This document shows positions 38,070 through 44,163 of a stretch of DNA of 44,163 nucleotides, piece after piece. Numbering within the stretch: the stretch's first letter is position 1; each line of letters begins with the position of its first letter. The DNA comes from Candidatus Deferrimicrobium sp. (GTDB lineage Bacteria; Zixibacteria; MSB-5A5; GN15; FEB-12): positions 1 through 44,163 of the forward strand of contig DATMWY010000247.1 of the NCBI GenBank assembly GCA_035562415.1, written 5' to 3'. The translations under genes and the position numbers were made by a program. The notes under the pieces were generated by a model. That model searched no databases and was not told where the DNA came from. It saw nothing but the letters and a program-made list of their open reading frames with translations.

Positions 38070-38324
38070 TTACACGTACCGCTCAACGAAAAACGAGATG
38101 GTTCCGGCCACAAGCCCGGCGAGCAACATGAAAAGCAGCAGGCGTCCCACACGCCGTTTCTCTGGCGGAGCTAAGGTATAGCCGGCGGACAGCGTCATGA
38201 GACAGCCGCCAACAAACCAGCCCAGGACCGAAAAGGCTCCGCCGGCCTTGCCGATCGCTTCCGCCACGAACACCGCGATCAGCACGCCGAGGAAATGCAG
38301 CAGGTAATTGCGTGTTTCACTCAT
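38070..38324 (-). CDS. hypothetical 84-aa three-helix membrane protein
   Basis: Three hydrophobic helices and no motif. It is GC-rich, unlike the adjacent ABC/rSAM genes. Confidence 0.4.
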   Translation of the reverse strand: MSETRNYLLHFLGVLIAVFVAEAIGKAGGAFSVLGWFVGGCLMTLSAGYTLAPPEKRRVGRLLLFMLLAGLVAGTISFFVERYV

Positions 38325-38485
38325 GCGTCCCTCGTATCACCCTTATTCAATCCAATCTCCAACCGCCCAGGCAATTGTACATCCGACCAATGTTACCAAT
38401 TCTGCCCATAATGAACTATTCCCGCTAGAACATTGAACCCCAGTGATCCGCTGCTATGCGAGCCGATGACCGTCGCCCAGAAGAA

Positions 38486-39244
38486 TCAGTAGTCACCGTT
38501 TTTACTGACGTACAGAGAGATGCCTAATGACGCAAGCGCCATGAGTATGAGAATAAGCATATCAAACGAGAAGAAGTTCGATGCACTCACTAGGTACGCT
38601 TGTCGGGCGCTGTTGCAGGTGTAAGTCAGCGGATTAATCGTGCTAATGGCTTGAATCCAGGAGGGGGCTTTCGAAATGTCATAATACATAGTACTGGAGA
38701 ACGTAAGCGGCATCGAAACCAACATAACCAAAATCTCACGAAGGTCATCCCGTTTCATCATCAGGCCAATAGCTAATCCAAGTGAAAGCCAGACGATCGT
38801 GCCAAGAAGTACTGTAACGCCGAGGACAAGCGCATTGGCGACATGTGCTACTGCCACCTCTCCTTGGGAAATGATAAGGGCTAGCATTATCAGGATAATC
38901 ACTTTGACCATGTTGACGACTGATTGAGCGACAATTTTCCCGCCAACGTACTCTTTCAGTCCGCCATGCGAGAGAACGATAATACCGAGCATACCTGACA
39001 TTTTGTCGTGACGTACGAATGTTAACGCTATCTGAAATGTCATAAAGGTTACAAAACCTACAAGACCTGGCGTGAAGTAATCCAAGTAATTGACGGACAT
39101 CCCCTCGTACGAAAAAGCTGACAGATTCCTTCCGAAAACGGTGGCAAAGAACACCAGCAGGAAAAGCGGGGCGACGAAATGAAGTACCACGCTCAAACCT
39201 GATGTAATGACCGTTTTGAACTCACGCCAAATAATGGTCTTCAT
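38486..39244 (-). CDS. ABC-2 type transporter permease
   Basis: 252 aa with six hydrophobic helices in the ABC-2 layout. ATGA start/stop overlap with the upstream ATPase gene. Confidence 0.8.
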   Translation of the reverse strand: MKTIIWREFKTVITSGLSVVLHFVAPLFLLVFFATVFGRNLSAFSYEGMSVNYLDYFTPGLVGFVTFMTFQIALTFVRHDKMSGMLGIIVLSHGGLKEYVGGKIVAQSVVNMVKVIILIMLALIISQGEVAVAHVANALVLGVTVLLGTIVWLSLGLAIGLMMKRDDLREILVMLVSMPLTFSSTMYYDISKAPSWIQAISTINPLTYTCNSARQAYLVSASNFFSFDMLILILMALASLGISLYVSKNGDY

Positions 39245-40161
39245 TTTGGTCTCGTTCCATATCTATCAAAAAGATCTGTGAGTGAGGTTTTTGTTTCACT
39301 CATGCTTGTGATCCCGAATTTCTTACGTAGCGCTTCAAGAAAACAGAGAACGTCACGGGTGTACTCTGCGAATTCAAGAGTGATAACGGTGTCGCTTCCC
39401 TGAACAACCTTAATGTTGTCCGCTGACAGGTTTTCTGAGAACCGGCAGTGACGGGATAGGTTGACCGTAAGTTTTACTTTGATTTCGCCGGATAGATTGT
39501 CTTTTTTGCCCACGTATAAAAGTTCCCCGTCCCTTATGAAACCGACCCGGCCACAGGTTCTTTCCACTTCAGTTACGTCGTTTGACGCCAGCAGGATTGT
39601 GCACGTGTTATCAGAAACGTACTCCTTTATGGCCTGCCACATTGCCAGCTTTCCTTGGATGTCAATCCCTAAGCTCGGCTCATCGAGCAAGATGTACTTT
39701 GGTTTGCCCAAAAAAGTTCTCGCCAGTTGAGCCCGGCGGAATTGCCCACCCGACAATGCCAATACCCCTTTCTTTCGAAAATCACCGAGCCCGAATATTT
39801 CGACTGCCTTTTCAATCTCGAACTCACTCATCCTGGCCGGAACTTTTCTCAATTTACAATAGAAACGCAGATTGTCTTCAACGTTGAGCAATAGGTCGAG
39901 AGCATGACCCTGCGGCATTTCGGCCAGAGACCTACGTATGCCAGCCAGGTCCGTGTTTATCTCTTTGCCGTCAAAGAATATTCGTCCGTGCGTTGGTTTC
40001 AGCAAAGTCGAGCAAATGCGCAGCGTAGTGGTCTTGCCCGCTCCATTTGGACCGAGCAGCCCAAACACCGTTCCCTTGGCAATGGACAGCGTCACTCCCC
40101 TCAGTGCCTCAAAGGAACCATACTTCTTCGACACGTCTTGAAGAACAATAGCATCTGCCAT
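39241..40161 (-). CDS. ABC transporter ATP-binding protein (DrrA/ABC-2 partner type)
   Basis: Walker A GPNGAGKTT, signature LSGGQFRRAQLA and Walker B ILLDEPSLGID. TGATG overlap with the rSAM stop codon. Confidence 0.9.
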   Translation of the reverse strand: MADAIVLQDVSKKYGSFEALRGVTLSIAKGTVFGLLGPNGAGKTTTLRICSTLLKPTHGRIFFDGKEINTDLAGIRRSLAEMPQGHALDLLLNVEDNLRFYCKLRKVPARMSEFEIEKAVEIFGLGDFRKKGVLALSGGQFRRAQLARTFLGKPKYILLDEPSLGIDIQGKLAMWQAIKEYVSDNTCTILLASNDVTEVERTCGRVGFIRDGELLYVGKKDNLSGEIKVKLTVNLSRHCRFSENLSADNIKVVQGSDTVITLEFAEYTRDVLCFLEALRKKFGITSMSETKTSLTDLFDRYGTRPK

Positions 40162-41579
40162 CAGCGTAACCTTACATTATGGTTGCTCTTCGGGCACAGG
40201 GGGTGGATGCCCCACGCTGATCCATACACTTTATAGACATCTCTGACGCACCATCCCATCTCATGAACGCATTTTACGTAGTGCTCGCATTCATAGCAGG
40301 CTCTACCTAAGAAATACGATTTTTCAGGGTAAAGCAACGACTTCACCTTATCAGATTGCCAAACATCGTTCAGTGTAGTTTTCGACAGATCACCCAACAG
40401 GAAGGGCTCTTTGCTCGGCAACTGTTCGCATGGGATAACTTTTCCCGACGGTGTTATCACTAACCCCATTCTTCCAAACGCACATCTGGCTCTTGAAAGG
40501 AACTTGGCAAACTTCTCTTGGTTTGTGAGATTACCACTATCTAATCTTGGTGTCGCGACGATCGCATTGTGCTTGTTGATCTTGTCAATTTGATCGTTTA
40601 GCCAGGCGATGTCGGAATCGTCGACAAAAAGTGAGTCACAGTGTCGATACGTACTTCTATAATACCGACTCAGCACGATGTTTTCTATAACCGCAGAAAC
40701 CAAATATTTCACGAGTTCTGGGATATCCATTACGTTATATTTCGTTACCACGCTGTTTGTTGAAACCGTGATGCCAGCGAGTTGTAGGTTTCCAATCGTG
40801 TGAATTGCTTCAGCTACATACCCTTTCCTCCCAACCAGCATCTCCGTCGATTCTGGTTTGAGTGAATCTATGCTTACCTGCATTCGCAACACCCCGGAAT
40901 CTGCCAGCCGAAAACACATGTTGGGAGTCAGGTATTCCTTTGTCGACAATATAAGGATGATATCCTTGCTATTAATATATTCGATGAGGTCAAAGACCCA
41001 TCTCCTGGTAAAAGGATCACCGCCTCCCAAATACATGACTTGCACCTTGGAGTCGCACGCCTGATCTACAATTGCTTTCGCGAAGGCCAGACCCATTTCT
41101 GACAAGTCTTCCCTAGAATCCCGGTTTGCGTAGCAATACAAACAGTGAGAGCTGCATCTATAAGTCAACAACAGTACAAGTGATAACGGCGTCTTTAACC
41201 TGAAATGTGACATGTCGACTGATGACTTCGGCATTATGAAATCATAAGGTTGGTATTTGTCGTTTATCATGCCTTCGACAAGAAAGTCTTTGACCTCTCG
41301 AAGGTAGTTCATCATGAACGCCTCGGCCTGTTCCCGAGAAACCCGTGTCACACTTGAAAGAAGGCTTATTATTTCATCCATACGACGACTTCCGTTGAAC
41401 AAGCTTAGTATTATAGCATGAAGCGGATGGAGGAGGCTTTGGTTGATGACATCTCCTGTGACAGCATCTATTTTGTAGCAAAGAATATTGCTTTCTGCCG
41501 CTCGCAATCTCAAATCAGGGTTGAAGCACAACATTGAGATACTCTTATAGGCGGGGGCATCATATGAAGCCCCCGCCAT
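40161..41579 (-). CDS. radical SAM / SPASM-domain peptide-modifying enzyme with an N-terminal RRE (PqqD-like) region
   Basis: CSSHCLYC, a CxxxCxxC cluster motif at ~aa 142-149. C-terminal Cys-rich twitch/SPASM pattern (CAFGRMGLVITPSGKVIPC ... CYECEHYVKCVHEMGWC ... HPLCP). The first ~110 aa (LHAIILSLFNGSRRMDEIISLLSSVTRVSREQAEAFMMNYLREVKDFLVEG) look like a PqqD/RRE winged helix. Confidence 0.85.
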   Translation of the reverse strand: MAGASYDAPAYKSISMLCFNPDLRLRAAESNILCYKIDAVTGDVINQSLLHPLHAIILSLFNGSRRMDEIISLLSSVTRVSREQAEAFMMNYLREVKDFLVEGMINDKYQPYDFIMPKSSVDMSHFRLKTPLSLVLLLTYRCSSHCLYCYANRDSREDLSEMGLAFAKAIVDQACDSKVQVMYLGGGDPFTRRWVFDLIEYINSKDIILILSTKEYLTPNMCFRLADSGVLRMQVSIDSLKPESTEMLVGRKGYVAEAIHTIGNLQLAGITVSTNSVVTKYNVMDIPELVKYLVSAVIENIVLSRYYRSTYRHCDSLFVDDSDIAWLNDQIDKINKHNAIVATPRLDSGNLTNQEKFAKFLSRARCAFGRMGLVITPSGKVIPCEQLPSKEPFLLGDLSKTTLNDVWQSDKVKSLLYPEKSYFLGRACYECEHYVKCVHEMGWCVRDVYKVYGSAWGIHPLCPKSNHNVRLR

Positions 41580-41582
41580 CGA

Positions 41583-41711
41583 TCACTGGAGCATGAATCC
41601 AATGATGCAACTGGCACACATCAGGCCACAAATGAACCCTGCGGAAAGAGTCCCTTCCCCAGGAAGTGTTCCTTGAGCCAGCCCCTGGCTCAATGGCTCA
41701 AGCAGGCCATT
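41583..41711 (-). CDS. candidate precursor peptide, 42 aa (not in the ORF track)
   Basis: Hand translation gives MACFEPLSQGLAQGTLPGEGTLSAGFICGLMCASCIIGFMLQ. Its stop lies 3 nt before the rSAM ATG. It has no SD of its own and its start lies inside the 16-codon ORF 41698-41748. Confidence 0.45.
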   Translation of the reverse strand, partial: NGLLEPLSQGLAQGTLPGEGTLSAGFICGLMCASCIIGFMLQ

Positions 41712-41748
41712 GAGGTCCAGGGTGCTTCTTAGATCGTGCGCTAACATA
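41698..41748 (-). CDS. 16-codon upstream ORF carrying the strong SD, possibly the true N-terminus of the precursor via a +1 shift
   Basis: GGTGAGGTGA-ttt-ATG gives MLAHDLRSTLDLNGLL-stop, with the terminal context CTT TGA G. Confidence 0.3.
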   Translation of the reverse strand, partial: YVSARSKKHPGPQWPA

Positions 41749-41980
41749 AATCACCTCACCTGTTTAGGGATTATCAGTATCAGCTTAGCCGTAAGTTTCT
41801 TGACGGCAACGTCTTTTTCAAAGCTTCATGTGTTCATTGGTCTAACCTCCTTTCGTTTTTTTCCCTTAGGCCGGGCCCGGTTTTCTGATCGACCCGACGG
41901 CAAAAGCTTTTCTCCACACCCGGCCGGGGTCACGCCTCAAACGAAGAGACGGTTGTTCTGTTAGCACGACAGAACGTAGG

Positions 41981-41997
41981 GCAATCGGTGTGCCGGA
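41981..41997 (-). promoter_or_regulatory. sigma-54 (-24/-12) promoter of the peptide/rSAM/ABC operon
   Basis: The minus strand reads cGGCACaccgaTTGCc, with GG and GC elements at the canonical spacing. It is homologous in position to the promoter at 35122-35138. Confidence 0.65.
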
Positions 41998-42105
41998 TTA
42001 GAGCAAACGTGCGATAAAATCACATAACTGATTGATTGACAATCGAATGTGTTGCGAGGAATACCTAGAGTATCCGAGGCTCGTTCAGGAGAAGCGCCGG
42101 ATTAT

Positions 42106-42211
42106 TACGAGCGGCTTTACGAGGAGAATATGATCCACTATTCTAAGTGGCGGAGAGTCAATGAAATCGTCGTCGTTTGCGAATTACGAATGAATCCGTA
42201 ATATTCGTAAT
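42106..42211 (-). promoter_or_regulatory. putative enhancer (UAS), paralogue of 35247-35352
   Basis: TTACGAG at 42106 and 42118. TTACGAAT-ga-ATcCGTAA at 42185-42202, plus ATTCGTAA at 42204-42211. Distances to the -24 element are identical to those in the other copy (110 nt, and ~200 nt to the palindrome centre). Confidence 0.55.
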
Positions 42212-42319
42212 GGCGTCCGATTGATTCCAAGTCCAATTGTGAAGGGAAAGTGATCCGTCCCCGTCTGTAACTCCAATTTTGGGCCGACACCGGTATCCCG
42301 TACCCGCATCCGATTTTAC

Positions 42320-42844
42320 CTACTCCGATTCGTATGAGATAAGGTAACTGACATCGTACCCGGCCAGCTTTTCGCGCCAGGGTAAGAAGGACAGATCGAT
42401 CACGGCAGAGATACCTGCCACCGTGCCTCCCAGCCGTTCAATTAGACGACAAACAGCCTCCAGTGTTCCACCGGTGGCAATCAGATCATCCACGACCACT
42501 GTTCGCTCTCCCTTGTGAACGGCGTCTTCATGAAGCACGATACTATCGCTGCCGTATTCGAGGTCATACTGCTGAGCGACCGTTTTGTAGGGCAGTTTTC
42601 CCGGCTTGCGGGCCACGGCAACCCCAATGCCCAGGCGATCTGCCAGCGCCGCCCCAAAAATGAACCCGCGCGCCTCGACGGCAACGATTTTTTGAGGCTG
42701 TTTGGAGCGGACAAATCGCTCCATACCGTCGACCGCGAGACGAAAACCGGCGGGATCCTGTAGAAGTGTAGTTATATCGTAAAAGTTGATCCCCGGTTTG
42801 GGAAAGTCCGGAACCGTTCGGATGTATCTCTTCAATTCATTCAT
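42320..42844 (-). CDS. apt: adenine phosphoribosyltransferase
   Basis: MNELKRYIRTVPDFPKPGINFYDITTLL and PRPP loop VVVDDLIATGGTLEA. ATG 42844 is used instead of the longer track ORF, which would overlap acyP. Confidence 0.9.
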   Translation of the reverse strand: MNELKRYIRTVPDFPKPGINFYDITTLLQDPAGFRLAVDGMERFVRSKQPQKIVAVEARGFIFGAALADRLGIGVAVARKPGKLPYKTVAQQYDLEYGSDSIVLHEDAVHKGERTVVVDDLIATGGTLEAVCRLIERLGGTVAGISAVIDLSFLPWREKLAGYDVSYLISYESE

Positions 42845-42863
42845 CTGTTTTCGCCGCAACCCG

Positions 42864-43142
42864 TCAGAAGGAAACGTCAAACCTCGTGTAGCGTCCCGTG
42901 AAGGCCGTCCAGGTGACCACAATGTCGGTGACTTGCGCATGTGAGGGACCGACTTTCAACTGCCCGATAAGTTCTTCCAGCAGACCGCGATCTCCTTCGG
43001 CCATCACCGCCACGGTGCCATCTCTGTTGTTCTTGACCCAGCCGGTTACACCAAGCTCCGTTGCCTGTCGATAACACCAGTAGCGATAACCGACTCCCTG
43101 AACCATTCCCCGGATAGTAAGCTGGACGCCCGCGGCGCTCAC
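42864..43142 (-). CDS. acyP: acylphosphatase
   Basis: 92 aa with (I/V)xGxVQGVGYR and GWVKNNRDGTV signatures. Confidence 0.85.
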   Translation of the reverse strand: MSAAGVQLTIRGMVQGVGYRYWCYRQATELGVTGWVKNNRDGTVAVMAEGDRGLLEELIGQLKVGPSHAQVTDIVVTWTAFTGRYTRFDVSF

Positions 43143-43711
43143 AATTTCTGAACGGCAAGTTCCATCGCTCGCCTGGCCGCTTCAAGGGGATCGTTTATCT
43201 GGATGACTTCATCGCCGAGTTTCCAGGCATTTACGGCAATCAGCGGCTTGCCGGCATTCAGGGCGAAGGCCATTTCCGACAGGGTTCCGTATTTTCCCGG
43301 CAGCGCTACGACGGCGTCAGCCGCTCGGACAACCATAATGTTGCGCGCCTCGCCAAAGCCGGTCGGGATGACATAATCGATAAACTCGTTGGCGTCTTCC
43401 TTATTGTCGCTCGGCAGAATGCCGATAGTGACCCCGCCGGACTCCTTGGCCCCGCGCGCCACCCCTTCCATTATTCCGCCCAGACCGCCGCAGACGACCA
43501 CGCCGCCATGTTCGGCCACGTATTTGCCCACCAGGGCCGCCATATCCCGCAGCTTCTTCGAGCATTTTCCCGCTCCGATGACGGCAATCACGGGCTTTCT
43601 CACAACGGCGGCTCCGGCCGAGTCATCTTGTTCTCTCTCTTTCGTCATAACACCTTTGCTGTTACCCATCATGATCTTTTGGGCCATGGTTGCCATTTGC
43701 GGTCGTAACAA
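43139..43711 (-). CDS. LOG/TIGR00725-family (SLOG fold) protein
   Basis: VIAVIGAGK..., CGGLGGIMEGVARGA, and PGKYGTLSE (the PGGxGTxxE-like motif). The true start is probably downstream of 43711 (for example ATG 43648), because 43711 abuts the tRNA. Confidence 0.7.
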   Translation of the reverse strand: MLRPQMATMAQKIMMGNSKGVMTKEREQDDSAGAAVVRKPVIAVIGAGKCSKKLRDMAALVGKYVAEHGGVVVCGGLGGIMEGVARGAKESGGVTIGILPSDNKEDANEFIDYVIPTGFGEARNIMVVRAADAVVALPGKYGTLSEMAFALNAGKPLIAVNAWKLGDEVIQINDPLEAARRAMELAVQKL

Positions 43712-43713
43712 AA

Positions 43714-43787
43714 TCGGGGCGACTGGATTTGAACCAGCGACACCTTAGTCCCGAACCAAGTGCGCTACCGAACTGCGCTACGCCCCG
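43714..43787 (-). tRNA. tRNA-Pro (anticodon CGG), no encoded CCA
   Basis: Hand-folded cloverleaf. Acceptor CGGGGCG/CGCCCCG, D stem GCGC/GCGC, anticodon stem CTTGG/CTAAG with loop TTCGGGA, T arm GCTGG-TTCAAAT-CCAGT. 74 nt. Confidence 0.9.
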
Positions 43788-43872
43788 AAGATGATCACTT
43801 CAAGAGCCTGAATAATACGACCTGTGCGCCGCTTGTCAACAGGATTTCCGGGCGCGGCGCCCCCACCCCTTA

Positions 43873-44130
43873 CCCTCCCCCAAAGGGGGAGGGAGATAAT
43901 GGGTCAAAATCACGCCGCCCCCTTTGGGGGAGGGAGACGCGGAGCGTCGTGAGGGGGCTCCTCACCGGCTCGCCACGCGGTACCCCACCTAACAGGTGCG
44001 TTTTTCCTGAGATAGAAAGGGGAAAATCCCACCCTAAAGGGGAGTGTTGAAAAAGTCCTTCATGTGGGCTGCAGACGTCCCCGTCTGCCCCTAATTGGTT
44101 GTAGCACATAGGCAGGTGTGGACATCTGCC
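43873..44130. repeat. hairpin-dense GC-rich intergenic region upstream of tRNA-Pro
   Basis: ccctccccc-aaa-gggggaggg (43873-43893). ccccc-ttt-ggggg (43918-43930). gtgagg-gggct-cctcac (43949-43965). gcagacg-tccc-cgtctgc (44071-44088). ggcag-N10-ctgcc (44111-44130). Confidence 0.45.
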
Positions 44131-44163
44131 GCGCATTTGAAGGGTGCGAGAGGGTTTTTCAAC

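Noticed and set aside
37788-38181. ORFs 37788-38174 and 37885-38181 (plus strand) and 37820-38017 (minus strand) in the spacer between the small genes.
   Set aside because: They are mutually overlapping, Arg/Pro-rich and without SD, so they are likely non-coding or shadows of the 84-aa gene.
41583-41748. A single uninterrupted 54/55-aa precursor ORF starting at the SD-bearing ATG 41748.
   Set aside because: My first quick translation dropped one T. Base-by-base counting shows ctg ctt tga at 41706-41698, so the two parts are in different frames in the sequence as given. This is reported instead as a split ORF / possible +1 shift.
42845-42940. Extended 206-aa version of apt from the ORF track.
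   Set aside because: The N-terminal 32 residues are not APRT-like and would overlap acyP. The canonical APRT N-terminus begins at ATG 42844.
42320-43787. The AT-rich rSAM island as a tRNA-Pro-integrated genomic island.
   Set aside because: No integrase or recombinase gene is present and no direct repeat of the tRNA 3' end was seen. Three housekeeping genes (apt, acyP, LOG-like) separate the island from the tRNA.
43760-44136. ORFs 43760-44050 (plus strand) and 43870-44136 (minus strand).
   Set aside because: Same reasoning as above. The translations are palindrome-derived Gly/Pro/Arg strings, and one of them overlaps the tRNA.

Overview
44.2-kb chromosomal segment from a moderately GC-rich bacterium. 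The taxon cannot be assigned by eye, though a DUF5683-like protein weakly hints at the FCB group. All calls below are hand readings of the sequence and ORF track; no searches were run.

The window covers the replication-origin neighbourhood: dnaA-dnaN, with DnaA-box-like 9-mers on both sides of dnaA. Most other genes are housekeeping: fumC, glmM-like plus glmS, a BirA-like ligase, apt, acyP, a LOG-like protein, Mrp/ApbC and tRNA-Pro(CGG). There is also a four-gene PAS histidine-kinase/response-regulator cluster and a 1054-aa LRR-Roc-COR (ROCO) GTPase built on near-identical 69-nt repeats.

The stand-out region is 32.8-42.3 kb on the minus strand.
- An AT-richer block encodes a short Cys-rich peptide ORF (under 60 aa, so absent from the ORF track), a radical SAM/SPASM enzyme with an RRE-like N-terminus, and an ABC-2 exporter.
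- Downstream lie two small membrane/secreted ORFs and a TPR-AAA+-HTH sigma-54 enhancer-binding protein (EBP).
- Two paralogous, collinear ~320-nt non-coding modules each carry a near-consensus -24/-12 sigma-54 promoter and five TTACGA(A/G) half-sites, including an 18-bp palindrome ~200 bp upstream.
- One module precedes the rSAM operon. The other precedes a second operon of small secreted/membrane proteins plus a TonB-C-like protein.
- This suggests a single EBP regulon coupling a RiPP-like peptide-modification cassette to a second envelope operon.

The peptide ORF is separated from its Shine-Dalgarno-bearing ATG by a CTT-TGA junction, which could reflect a +1 frameshift, an indel, or a coupled upstream ORF. 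Two hairpin-dense intergenic elements and several degenerate signalling domains are also noted.
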